Positions 43,782-55,000 of a stretch of DNA of 64,000 nt are shown here, one piece after another. Both the position numbers and the translations under genes were made by a program. Source of the stretch: an uncultured virus (IMG/VR IMGVR_UViG_3300020043_002236) (lineage: Duplodnaviria > Heunggongvirae > Uroviricota > Caudoviricetes > Crassvirales); the IMG/VR virus record IMGVR_UViG_3300020043_002236, positions 1 through 64,000 of that record; one strand, 5' to 3'. How positions within the stretch are numbered: the first letter of the stretch is position 1; each line of letters begins with the position of its first letter. The notes under the pieces are model-generated. The model saw only the letters and a list, made by a program, of their open reading frames with translations. It had not been told where the DNA came from and did no database searches.

Positions 43782-46700
43782 ATGGCAAACGCTGATGTAA
43801 ATTTCATTGCCGGTAGAATGAATAAAGATTTTGACGAGCGTGTAGTCCCTGCTGGAGAGTACATTGATGCGTTAAATATCAGAATAGGATCTACTGAGAA
43901 CAATAGTATAGGTGCTGTAGAGAATACTAAGGGTAATATAAAATTAACTACCTTGCAGTATAATGGATCTCCTCTTGTAGACGCTACCTGTATCGGAGCA
44001 TATGAGGATGGGTCTAACGAGACCATATACTGGCTTGTAGCATCTCCTACCGTAGATATGGTTGTGTCATTTAATACTGATAAGAAATTATTAAAGTATC
44101 ACGTTGTATCTGAGGACGTGCTTAACTTTAATTCAGAGTACTTAGTTACCGGTATAAACTTAATAGATAATTTATTGTTTTGGACTGATAATTTAAATCC
44201 TCCAAGAAAAATAAATGTAACCAGAAACTATCCCGAGCCAATAGCTGGAATAGATCAAATTGATGAGAGTGATATATCTGTGATAGTTGCTCCTCCATCA
44301 TCAGCTCCTGATATTACACTTGCATTTGTTCCAGACGAAGAGAACTATATAACTGATAAGTTTATATCATTTGCTTATAGATATAAGTACAAGGATGGAG
44401 AGTATAGCGCTCTTTCTCAGTTTAGTGAAATAGCCTTTGAACCTGGTAATTTTAGTATAGATTATTCTACATTTGAAAATGCCGGAATGGAAAATATATT
44501 CAATTCGGTTAATATTAATTTCAATACTGGTAGTAAGAATGTAGTAGGTATTGATATTTGCTTTAAATTTTCTGATTCTAACATTATAAATGTTGTAGAA
44601 AAGTATAATAAAAATCAAGAAGGATGGTTTGATAATTCCATTCAACAAATATCATTTACCAATAAAAAAATATACACTACTCTAACAGAGAGTGAATTGC
44701 TTCGTCTTTTTGATAATGTTCCTAGATTAGCTAAAGCCCAGACAACAATGGGTAATAGATTAATGTATGGTAACTATGTAGACGGATATAATATAGAAGA
44801 TAACAACGGAAATGCAATAGATATTGATTACGACTTAAGTTTAATATCTGAAGACGTAGGTTTCGTTGAGTTACCTGTTGATTTAACCGATGGAACAGTA
44901 TACACTATAGATTCATCAACTCCTAAAACAGTTAATAACTCTCAGTTTAATATAGATCTATCAGGTATATCATTAACTAGTGGATCTTACATTTCAATAA
45001 ATATAAATCTACAACACGATTCTTATTCAGGTGACGCTTCTTACACTGACGCGCCTGAAAATAGTTTTGAGTATGATTTTGTTTTTAATATACAAAAAGA
45101 TTATGGAAGTGTTCATGAGTTAGCCACTAGTCAGGAATTTATAGATGCTATATCTACTCATGAAGTTTATTCTAATGCCTGTGCTGGAACTTCATTAACA
45201 GATTTTTTTAATTGTCAAATAATTACTAAATCCGGATGGAATGAGGTTGGAAGCGGAATACTGAATATTGATGGTTCATTTGTCATATCTTCATCTCTTG
45301 GGTCTGATGTAATAGGAATTCAAATACCAGCTTTAAAGTTTAGTTTTGAAACTTCACCTGGAATATTTGTTTATGCTTACGAGTATCTTTCAAGCGCAAT
45401 AATATCATCTAGTTTTTCTGAATTAGGAGCAAAACAAAGTCTGCATAGTAATAGAGATTATGAAGTTGCAATTGTATATATGGACGAGTACGGTCGTAGC
45501 TCTACGGCATTAGTCGATACTAATAACACAGTTTTTGTACCTGCGTATAATTCAGATAAAAAGAACTATATAAGAGTAAATGTAAATAGTTTAGCTCCAA
45601 GCTGGGCTACTAAATATAAGTTTGTAGTAAAACCATCTAAGAGTCAGTACCAAGTAGTATACTCTAATATTTATTTTCAAGAAGACTCCGGATTTACTTG
45701 GTTTAAATTGGAAGGCGACAATAGAAGTAAGGTTCAAGAAAATTCTACTTTAATTGTAAAGGCAGATTCAAATGGTGTCCTTAGAAATTTAGTTAAAACA
45801 AAGGTTCTAGCATTAGAAGCTAAAGGCAAAGATTTTATTGAAGGGAACAAGAATGCGGCTGAGAAAGATATTATAGAGCCTGCTGGATTATATATGAAAC
45901 TTAAGCCTTCTAACTTCTCTGCTAATTATACTGAGAATTCTTTTATAGACGAAGGAGAGGTAAGTGAAGGAGGAAGCTACGCTAACTTATCCTATCCATG
46001 TTATATAGATAATCCTTTATTTGGAGATCCTGGAGAGTTAGAGTTTATGCCTTATGACGTGCCTGCTGGAAGTTTAATAAATATAAACTTTAAAGTTACT
46101 AGAGCTTCTAGAGGAAGTGATTGTGGAGAAAGAACATACACTTTTGATAAATCATTTACAGCCTCTCAAGATTATGAGAGTTTGTTTGCATTTATAATTG
46201 GAGATCATATTGACTTAACTTCTGGTAATTCAACCGGAGGTGACACTACTGTTAATGAAAACTATTTTAAAGATACCATAACAAGTCCTTATACTGGAGA
46301 TATACCAGCTATACCAGGGACCAATCAGTATGAGTTTCAAGAAGACACTACTAATGGTAGATTATTCTTTGTAATGAAAAGTGGTACTCCAAATTGTGGC
46401 GGAGTAGACAGAAGAGTTTCAAGAGTTTTTTGTCATATTCAAGTTCAGAGAGCAGAATCTATAATGGTATTCGAAACTGAAGCTGCCGAAGCAAACGGAG
46501 AGACTTACTTCGAAGGAAGTGAATCATTCAATATTATTGACGGATATCATCAAGGTAACGTAACTAATCAATCTATATCTAGTCCATTTGCGACTGTAGA
46601 TTTAAACTTTTTTGATTGCTTCACATTTGGTAATGGAGTTGAAAGTTACAAAATAGGAGACTCATTAACTGGAGCTCCATTCTATCTTGGAAGCAGAGTT

Positions 46701-48149
46701 ACTGCTGTATCTCAAGAAGATTTTAAGGAGGCTCACAGATACGCCGGAATAACATATAGTGGAATATACAATGAAGAAACTAACGTTAATAAGTTAAATG
46801 AATTTAACTTAGCGCTAGCTAATTTTAAAGATTGTGAAAAATCATTTGGACCGATTAACATACTTCACGGAAGAAAAACAGATGTTTTAACTCTTCAAGA
46901 AGATAAGATATCATATGTGCTAGCAGGTAAGAATTTACTTTCTGATGCAGCTGGAGGAGGAGCTATTACATCTGTACCTGAAGTTCTTGGTACACAAATA
47001 TCTAGAATTGAAGAGTTCGGTATAAGTAGCGATGCTGCTAGTTTTGCCGCATGGGGAGAGGATATATATTTTACTGATACTAAGAGGACATCTGTAATAA
47101 ATTTAAAAGGAGGATCTACTCAGGCAGATGCGTTAGTTCCTATATCTAAACTAGGAATGAACGGTTGGTTTAGAAGTGAATTTAAAGATAAAGTAAACTA
47201 TCAAAAATTAGGAGGTTATGATCCATACTTAAAAGAGTACGTGTTGTCTATAACTGATAACAAATTACCAACCCCTATAGATGTTTTAGAGTGTGGATTT
47301 ACTATATCTCAGGACACTGCAAATAATGAATTATTATTTAATTTAGAATTTGGAAACGTAATTGGAGAGGCTTCTTTTGATTATAACTTTGAAAACGGAT
47401 CAGCAAATGTTGAGGTATCTTATGACGGTATTGTAGTTATAAACGAAGTGGTATCTGGAGCTGGAACGTTAACATTTGATAAATCAAAAATAAACCCTAC
47501 ATTTGCAACAGTTACAATTACTCCAGATGAGGCTACTTATATTCTTATATCTAATTGTACTGTAGCAGATCCTATAACAGTTATTAGAGTGGTAATAAAC
47601 TCTCCATCTAACGAAGGAGAAACTATTCACAATAACTATAACTGGACATTAGATGGATATACAAGTCCAACTAATATCGACTTTGTACTACTAGAAAGTG
47701 ACGGATTGTCGTTGTACGATTCTAATACTAATCAACCTTCAGTAGGAGTTATTCCTGCTATAGGAAGTACGATAAAAGTTCAATCTGAGAAATACATTAC
47801 AGATACATTTAATTTTGATCCTTTAGCTAATTCATTTAAGTATTTAGTTTCTAATACATTATATACTGATTTAGACATAGACATACTAAGACCGTTATTA
47901 ACAGAAGCTACACCAATAGTTAATCCTGTTACAGGGAAGTACCAAGCTTCATTTGTTTATAATAACCCTAGTGGATATCAGTACTTATATTTAGTTTGGG
48001 ATCTAACAAATGCTTATAGTGTAGATCTATGTTACGACGCTACAGATAGAGTTGCGGCATGCGAGTTGTGTGGAGATGTTCCTCATTACGCTATTGAGTT
48101 GTGTTACGACGCTACGGATAGCGCTTTAGCATGTGACTGTAATGTTTAA
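43782..48149 (+). CDS. Tail stabilisation/nozzle protein
   Basis: GRMNKD.DER..P.GEY.DALN, LFWTDNLNPPRKIN, FAYRYKY.DGEYS. Confidence 0.75.
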   Translation: MANADVNFIAGRMNKDFDERVVPAGEYIDALNIRIGSTENNSIGAVENTKGNIKLTTLQYNGSPLVDATCIGAYEDGSNETIYWLVASPTVDMVVSFNTDKKLLKYHVVSEDVLNFNSEYLVTGINLIDNLLFWTDNLNPPRKINVTRNYPEPIAGIDQIDESDISVIVAPPSSAPDITLAFVPDEENYITDKFISFAYRYKYKDGEYSALSQFSEIAFEPGNFSIDYSTFENAGMENIFNSVNINFNTGSKNVVGIDICFKFSDSNIINVVEKYNKNQEGWFDNSIQQISFTNKKIYTTLTESELLRLFDNVPRLAKAQTTMGNRLMYGNYVDGYNIEDNNGNAIDIDYDLSLISEDVGFVELPVDLTDGTVYTIDSSTPKTVNNSQFNIDLSGISLTSGSYISININLQHDSYSGDASYTDAPENSFEYDFVFNIQKDYGSVHELATSQEFIDAISTHEVYSNACAGTSLTDFFNCQIITKSGWNEVGSGILNIDGSFVISSSLGSDVIGIQIPALKFSFETSPGIFVYAYEYLSSAIISSSFSELGAKQSLHSNRDYEVAIVYMDEYGRSSTALVDTNNTVFVPAYNSDKKNYIRVNVNSLAPSWATKYKFVVKPSKSQYQVVYSNIYFQEDSGFTWFKLEGDNRSKVQENSTLIVKADSNGVLRNLVKTKVLALEAKGKDFIEGNKNAAEKDIIEPAGLYMKLKPSNFSANYTENSFIDEGEVSEGGSYANLSYPCYIDNPLFGDPGELEFMPYDVPAGSLININFKVTRASRGSDCGERTYTFDKSFTASQDYESLFAFIIGDHIDLTSGNSTGGDTTVNENYFKDTITSPYTGDIPAIPGTNQYEFQEDTTNGRLFFVMKSGTPNCGGVDRRVSRVFCHIQVQRAESIMVFETEAAEANGETYFEGSESFNIIDGYHQGNVTNQSISSPFATVDLNFFDCFTFGNGVESYKIGDSLTGAPFYLGSRVTAVSQEDFKEAHRYAGITYSGIYNEETNVNKLNEFNLALANFKDCEKSFGPINILHGRKTDVLTLQEDKISYVLAGKNLLSDAAGGGAITSVPEVLGTQISRIEEFGISSDAASFAAWGEDIYFTDTKRTSVINLKGGSTQADALVPISKLGMNGWFRSEFKDKVNYQKLGGYDPYLKEYVLSITDNKLPTPIDVLECGFTISQDTANNELLFNLEFGNVIGEASFDYNFENGSANVEVSYDGIVVINEVVSGAGTLTFDKSKINPTFATVTITPDEATYILISNCTVADPITVIRVVINSPSNEGETIHNNYNWTLDGYTSPTNIDFVLLESDGLSLYDSNTNQPSVGVIPAIGSTIKVQSEKYITDTFNFDPLANSFKYLVSNTLYTDLDIDILRPLLTEATPIVNPVTGKYQASFVYNNPSGYQYLYLVWDLTNAYSVDLCYDATDRVAACELCGDVPHYAIELCYDATDSALACDCNV

Positions 48150-48174
48150 ATAAATAAAAAAAAAATAAAAAAAT

Positions 48175-48561
48175 ATGGCGACTAGCGGAACATATTACAT
48201 AGACACAGCGGATTTTTCAACAGCTACAGCTGTATGGACAGATACCGCACTAACAACAAAGGCTCCTGACGGATACTATTCTTTTGGAGGAAATTATAGA
48301 CAACAGTTCGAAGGATTACTACTTCCTATTGAATCTTGCTCTACTCCTCCTGTTGATTGCTTTAACTACGAAATGGTAGCGATGAGCGATGGACCAGGAT
48401 GTGAAGGATATGTTAATTATTCATACACTGATTGCAATGGAATATTACAGATCGGAGCTAGTTTTTCAACGAGTGTAACTGAGTACGTATGTGCTCAAAG
48501 TACCCCTACAATAACTTGCGGATCAGCTTCAATAACTAACTTAGGTGCTTGTTTAACGTAA
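48175..48561 (+). CDS. Small Cys-rich virion protein
   Basis: APDGYYS; Cys-rich C-terminal half. Confidence 0.6.
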   Translation: MATSGTYYIDTADFSTATAVWTDTALTTKAPDGYYSFGGNYRQQFEGLLLPIESCSTPPVDCFNYEMVAMSDGPGCEGYVNYSYTDCNGILQIGASFSTSVTEYVCAQSTPTITCGSASITNLGACLT

Positions 48562-48562
48562 T

Positions 48563-49309
48563 ATGGAATATACATTATCATTTAGCGAAGACTCAAAGGG
48601 ATGGACATCGTTCTTTTCATTTATACCTGAGAAAATGATTGGTATGAATTCTTATTTCTATACGTTTAAGAATGGAAACCTATATAGACATAATTCTAAT
48701 GAACTTAGAAATAACTTCTATGGCGTACAGTACAATTCAAAAATAACAGGTGTATTTAATATAGAATCTGGATCAGTTAAAAATTTCAAGACCATATCAT
48801 TAAATAGCGACGACTCTTGGAAGTGTGAGGTTATAACAGACATGGCAACTGGATTTGTAGATAAGTCGTACTTTTCTTTAAAAGAAGGCGACTACTTCGC
48901 ACATATAAGAAGATATGAGAATGATATTGATTTATCAATGAGATCGGCCCAAGGTATTGGAGGAACTACATTAGTTAACTCTTCGATTCCTTCCGCAACT
49001 GTAGTTACATTTCCTTTTAATATAGGAAGTATTATAAGTGTTGGAGATATAGCGTACAAGAACAACTCAGGATCATTACTAAAGCTAGGTACTATTACAG
49101 CGTTGTCAGCAAATTCAATTACCGTAAACACTACTGTAACAGGTGGAAATATCCCATTGGTATCAGATTATATATTATGTATAAAAAATAGCACAGCTGA
49201 GTCGTATGGGGCTACAGGATACTACATGCAGTTTGAATTAGAGAACGATAACACATCAAGAGTTGAGTTGTTTTCTGTAGGAAGCAGCATTTTTAAAAGT
49301 TACCCTTAA
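48563..49309 (+). CDS. Tail structural protein
   Basis: TLSFSE..KGWTSFFSFIPE, KEGDYFA, GYYM...ELFSV. Confidence 0.7.
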   Translation: MEYTLSFSEDSKGWTSFFSFIPEKMIGMNSYFYTFKNGNLYRHNSNELRNNFYGVQYNSKITGVFNIESGSVKNFKTISLNSDDSWKCEVITDMATGFVDKSYFSLKEGDYFAHIRRYENDIDLSMRSAQGIGGTTLVNSSIPSATVVTFPFNIGSIISVGDIAYKNNSGSLLKLGTITALSANSITVNTTVTGGNIPLVSDYILCIKNSTAESYGATGYYMQFELENDNTSRVELFSVGSSIFKSYP

Positions 49310-49331
49310 ATTTATTATCTTTGTAAAAAAA

Positions 49332-49727
49332 ATGTTTTCCTGTAGAATAGAGAATAAGCATGATTTTTACAACACACTATGTGAGTGGTGGACGGACTGG
49401 AAGTTTCCAATAATAAACATAGATATGCTACCAAATAATATATTTGTCGTAAGTAATGATGGAGTTGATTTATATGCGGTACCTGTTTATTTAAGTGATT
49501 CTGATGTATGTTGGATAGGGTTTATTACTGGAAACCGATACAGTACCAAAAACTTGCGTTCTGGGTCGTTAGGGTTTTTATTAAATTATACAGAACAATA
49601 CTTAAAGGATTCTGGCAGAAAGTTTATAATGACTGTAAGCGGAACTCCTATATTAAAGAAAACATTTACTGATAATGGTTATTTATTGTCAGGAGAAAAT
49701 ATTAACGAATACGTAAAAAAAATATAG
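49332..49727 (+). CDS. Putative GNAT-like acetyltransferase
   Basis: 131 aa just before ejection genes; TATCTTTG promoter at 49316-49323. Confidence 0.5.
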   Translation: MFSCRIENKHDFYNTLCEWWTDWKFPIINIDMLPNNIFVVSNDGVDLYAVPVYLSDSDVCWIGFITGNRYSTKNLRSGSLGFLLNYTEQYLKDSGRKFIMTVSGTPILKKTFTDNGYLLSGENINEYVKKI

Positions 49728-49729
49728 TT

Positions 49730-50566
49730 ATGGGACAAGCAGCAGCAGGAGCTACAGGAGTAGCAAGCGCAGGAGGTGGTTTGGCAGGGGCGGCAAGTGC
49801 AGCGATGCCTTGGGTATCACTTGGTTTAGGAGCGGCGAATATAGCTACTGGGCTAGTTGAGGCTAGTAAGCAAAAAGAACTACAAAGAGCAGCTGATAGA
49901 GAGGCTGAAAAAGCAGCGGCAGAACAAGAACGATTATTAGGCCAGAACTTTTTCGAGGCTTTACAGGTTCCTATGCAAGCATACGATAGAGAGTTTAGAG
50001 AAACTACAGCTCAGCAACAACAAGCTATGTCTGCTCTTCAAGAAGGTGATCCTAGATTATTGCTTGGTGGAGTTGGTAAAGTTCAGGCTGTAGCGGCAGA
50101 ACAGGAAGCTAAAACAAGAGAGGCGTTAGGTCAAGACTTATTTAATTTAGGTAAGTTACAAGCAAACGATGCTGGGCAAAATGCTGATCAATTAGCAGCG
50201 CTTGAAGGTCAAAGATTAGCTGGAGCACAACAAGCATCAGCAGCAGCAAGAGCCGCTGCACTACAGCAACAGCAAGGTACATTAGCTGCTGGAGGTAAAT
50301 TACTAACCGGCCTTACCGGAATGATACCTGAGTATTCTAAAACAGATATAAATTCTAACAATACTGATATGTCTACCGTTTTGACACCTTCTGGAATTGT
50401 AAGTTCAGGACCTAACGTAGCATCTCAATTACAATCGGCTACATCTGGATCTTTAAATCCATTATATAAACAATATAGTTGGGGGTCATTAGCAAATCCA
50501 AGCATGGAATCTCAATTATTAGGAAGTACTAACAATGTTCTAGCTGGCTTTAGAATGCCTGGTTAA
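49730..50566 (+). CDS. Putative internal virion (ejection) protein
   Basis: G/A/Q-rich helical composition. Confidence 0.65.
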   Translation: MGQAAAGATGVASAGGGLAGAASAAMPWVSLGLGAANIATGLVEASKQKELQRAADREAEKAAAEQERLLGQNFFEALQVPMQAYDREFRETTAQQQQAMSALQEGDPRLLLGGVGKVQAVAAEQEAKTREALGQDLFNLGKLQANDAGQNADQLAALEGQRLAGAQQASAAARAAALQQQQGTLAAGGKLLTGLTGMIPEYSKTDINSNNTDMSTVLTPSGIVSSGPNVASQLQSATSGSLNPLYKQYSWGSLANPSMESQLLGSTNNVLAGFRMPG

Positions 50567-50591
50567 TTAAAAATAAATAAATAAATAAATT

Positions 50592-52031
50592 ATGCCGGAA
50601 TTTTTAGGATACGTAAATCCAGCCAATGTAAAAGCTAACCCAACACTTGATTGGGGTTCTGTTATTACTGATGTTCAGGATACTATAATACAACAAGAAC
50701 AGCAACGACAAGCCGCTAGAGATAAACAATCTAAGGAAAACGCAGATCTTAACAAGGAGTTAAACAAAATAAGTTTAAGTAGAAGTCAAGATGTTAACGG
50801 GTTTTTAACTAATAGCGTTTATAAGGCTAAGGAGATAAATAATGACGCTTACAAGTTATACACCTCTGGTAAAATAAATGCAAAGCAGTATAACATTATA
50901 AAGCAAAACATTAGCACTGGATTTAGTGAATTTGATGCCTTAGGTAAAAGCGTAGCTAAGATACAAGAGGAGTACGCTAAGTTATCTGAGGAAGGTAAAA
51001 CTTCATTTTTAGCAGATTACAATATGGGTCAGCTAGGAAATTCTTTAGACTTGAAAAATAAGATTCCTTACGTTGATCCAGCAACAGGTTTAATGTACGT
51101 GGCTCCAATGGACGCTAACGGTAAGGCTGATATGTCAAAGTTAGACAGTCCTAGATGGATGCTATCTCAGGCCGATATGCCGTTAAAATTTGATTATCTA
51201 GCAGAGGCAGATAAGAGATCTAAGGATATAGGAAAGTATGAGTATATACTTAAAAATCCACCAGCTGGAGGTATATGGACAATTGACAATATTCAATCTA
51301 AGCCTGAGTTTAAAAAATTCTTAGATGAAACTGCCGCTTCTATAGCGTCAAATCCAACTAAACAGGCCAGTATACTAGGCGATAGAGCTGGCAGTTCTTA
51401 TACCTTAACTTCAGATCCTAATGCTAAAGATAAGGACAGTATAGTTGTTAAAAAGGATTTGTCTACAGGTGTTAATATACCTGTTCTTACTGAAGAACAA
51501 GTGAAAGAGTCTGAAAATATAGTTAAAAATGCTATACTTGCTAAGATAAATCAAACCTTAAAACAGCAAGAGGGGACTTGGCATGGATTTGCTCCTAGTA
51601 GTGGCGGTGGAAAACCTAAAGACATGAGTAAGGTTCCATTTATTGGAGAACCGTCTTATATAAACACAAAAGATAGGACTATAGGTAAGGTTGTACCTGT
51701 GTCTGGTGTTACTATTAAAAGAGCTCCTGGAGTGGTAGAACAAGTTAATAGGGTTGGTATTAGTAACGGTAAGTTATTTGTTACGTATACTAAATATAAC
51801 GGAACTAGCGGATATGAAGACTTTGATTCTGGAAATAGAACCAGTTATAAAAATAAAGAAACCGTAACTGTTTATGAAGATAAAGACAGGAATAATATTA
51901 ACGAAAGACTTCGTTTTGTTGGTGGAGGGTTTGAAAATATTGAATCAGCTAAACAAACTTTAGGATTTACTCCTTCAAAAGGCAAAAGCACTGCATCAAC
52001 AGAAAATCTTAGATCTAAATATAATTACTAA
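50592..52031 (+). CDS. Putative internal virion (ejection) protein
   Basis: 479 aa; position in module. Confidence 0.6.
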   Translation: MPEFLGYVNPANVKANPTLDWGSVITDVQDTIIQQEQQRQAARDKQSKENADLNKELNKISLSRSQDVNGFLTNSVYKAKEINNDAYKLYTSGKINAKQYNIIKQNISTGFSEFDALGKSVAKIQEEYAKLSEEGKTSFLADYNMGQLGNSLDLKNKIPYVDPATGLMYVAPMDANGKADMSKLDSPRWMLSQADMPLKFDYLAEADKRSKDIGKYEYILKNPPAGGIWTIDNIQSKPEFKKFLDETAASIASNPTKQASILGDRAGSSYTLTSDPNAKDKDSIVVKKDLSTGVNIPVLTEEQVKESENIVKNAILAKINQTLKQQEGTWHGFAPSSGGGKPKDMSKVPFIGEPSYINTKDRTIGKVVPVSGVTIKRAPGVVEQVNRVGISNGKLFVTYTKYNGTSGYEDFDSGNRTSYKNKETVTVYEDKDRNNINERLRFVGGGFENIESAKQTLGFTPSKGKSTASTENLRSKYNY

Positions 52032-52034
52032 ATT

Positions 52035-55000
52035 ATGCCAGATAACAAAATATTATCGCAACAAGACAGAGCTAAACTAGACGGTATAGTTCAAAAAATG
52101 ATCAGCAATAAAGAATCAGAAAGTAACATTAAGTTTGTTGTCGAAGACTTTAAAGATAAATACGGTTCAAGTGGTGAAGTAAAAAAAAAAGAATCATCTC
52201 AACCTACTTCTCAAGAAGAAGTGTGGGGATCAAATTCACAGCCAAAGGATGCGTATACTTCGTTGGTTATAGATCAACAGATACCTCAACAGGAATCGGT
52301 TATTTCAAATGGAGAGCAACCTAAAATGCGCACACTTGGCGTAGATATTACTGCCGAGGAGGCGTTAAAACAGGCGCCAAAAAAACAGCCTATAATAAAC
52401 AAAGAAATTCAAGCAAAAATAAAAAATGCTAAATTCAAACCTAAAGAGTATAGAAATATAGGATCTAAGCTAGTAGATAAAATAGCTACCGGATCTTCTC
52501 AACTAGGTGTTGACATAGCGTCTGTACCTGAATTAATTTATGAAGTAGCAGCTGCTCCTCAAAATGCTATTGCTAGCATATTTGACATACCTTCTTTAAA
52601 GGCCGACTCAGAGTCTTTTAAAAAAAATATGAATATTCATAACTCAGTTAAAGACTATTATTCGTCTCAAGTTTCTGAATTAAGCGCTAAATCTAAAGAA
52701 TTAGATCAACAATATTCTCAAGGAGTATACGATTCTTTTGTTAATGGAAATTATGGAGCTGGATTTGATCAATTAACATCTAGTTTTGCAGAGTCATTAC
52801 CCACTACAGCTGCTATAATGGTTGGTGGAGCTTACGCTAAAGCTCCTCAAATACTTGCTACATCTACAATGATATTTGGAGCAAATAAAAATGAACAGTT
52901 AAAAAAAGATCATCCTGAGTTATCTACAAATGCTAGGGTAGCCAATTCATTAGCAACTGGTTTTGCACAGGCAGCGACTGAAACTTTAGGATCTGCAAGT
53001 ATTGGTTCTGCAGCAAAAGCATTAGTTGCTAGAGAAGGAAAGCCTAAAGCTTTATCAATACTAAAAGACGGGTTACAGAAATATTATAAATCTGCATTAG
53101 AAAAAAATCCGCTTACTGCATCTACATTAGGTGAGGGTATAGAAGAATGGAGTAGCCTTGTGGCTGAAAATTCAATTGATGTTGCTACTGGAGTAAAACC
53201 GATTGATTATAACGTGTTTGAAGGCGGATCTGACGCTTTTTTAGGAGGTACTTTTGGAGGTGCGGTTTTTGGAACTGGTTTGACAGGTATAAAAAATACT
53301 ATAAACTATCAGGATCAAAAAAAAATAAAAGAAAATATAAAAAACATATTTGACCTTCAATCACAGTTAGAAAATCAAAATATATCTCCAGAAATAAAAC
53401 AAGAGATAAATTCTAAAATAGAGAAGTTAGTACTTGAAAATGAAAAGTACGTACAGGAAGATATTTCTAAAATAGATTCTCTTAGCTCAGAGGTAAAAGA
53501 TAAACTTATATCTGCTACCAATACTATAGACTCTTTAAAGTCTAAAGCTAAAGAAATAAATGAATCTGAAGATATAACTGATGAAACTAAGTCTATACTA
53601 TTGTCTGATTTAAAAAATCAAGCTATAGAGAATGTTCAATTAAAAAACTCTATATTAGACGGAACTTATGTTGAAAATAGAGTCACTACAGAACAAAAGC
53701 AAAAAATAGAAGAAGTTACTCCTGTTGAAGCTACAGAGGTAGAAACTACTGTTGAAGAAACAGTATCGCCTACTACTGAAGTTACACCACAGGCGTACGT
53801 TGAAGAACTTACTAAAACAAAAGAGTCTGATCCTGAAGCATATTGGTCTGTAAGTGAGGTATCTCTTGAGGATGCTGCTAAAGGAACTATTATAGACACT
53901 GAAGATGGATCTGCACTGGTTAAACCTGATGGTGATATAGCTGGATTGTTTAAGAAATTAACGTCTAAAACTAAAGGAGTCGCTCAGGACTTACTAAGTA
54001 AAGCCGTGGATGCGGGTGGTATTAAGTTGGATAATTTTGACGGATACCTTACTAAACAATACGAGAAGGCCGGTTTTAAAATTGTTTCTAGGGTTCCTTT
54101 TAACGAGGAGTATGCTGGTGATTTACAGGGATGGAATAAAGAAAAACATGGGACGCCTGATGTAGTTGCTATGGTTTACGATCCTAATAATGAGTTGGAT
54201 ATTGAAGAAAAAACATTTGATGATTATGACGAAGCTATGGCTTACAGAGATTCATTTGTTGACCAGGCAAAACAAAACGTTAAAGACTCTGAAGATTTAA
54301 CTAAATTTTTTGATGAGAGTGAAGATGTTGCTATATCAAAAGACATGCCTACACTGGTTTCAAAAGCAAAAATAGCGTTATCTAAAATACTTCCTAAAGT
54401 AGACGTGGTACTTTATGACAACGAAGATTTATATGCCGAGTCTGTAGGTGAGATTGATAACGAAGTTAAAAGTAACGGTGCGTTTATAGGGAATAAAATA
54501 CATATAAACCCTAGTAAAGCTAACGGTAGAACCGTGGCTCATGAGGTGTTCCATGCTATACTTTTAAACGCAGTAAAGACTGATATTAACGCCGCTAAGG
54601 TAACGTTAAATATGATCAACTCCGTAATGAAGTCTGTGTCTCCTGAATTAAAAGTTAAGTTACAGGAGTTTGTAGAGAATGGATATGACGACCAAAAAGA
54701 ACTTTGGAATGAAGAAAAGTTAGCTGAACTTGTAGGATACTTAGCCGACAATTACGAGTCGTTATCTAAACCAAACAAAAACTTGATTAAGCAGTGGTTA
54801 GATGAGATAGCTAAATTATTTGGACTAAAACAATTTACTGATAATGAAGTTGTTGATCTATTAAACGCAATTTCTGGTAAGGTTTCTACTGGGGAGGTTA
54901 TTACTGAAACTGATGTGAAAGCTTTAAAATATGGCGCTTCTACTTATATATCAGAACCTACAGAAATTAGACAGTCTAAATCCGGATCTCCTGTAAAAGT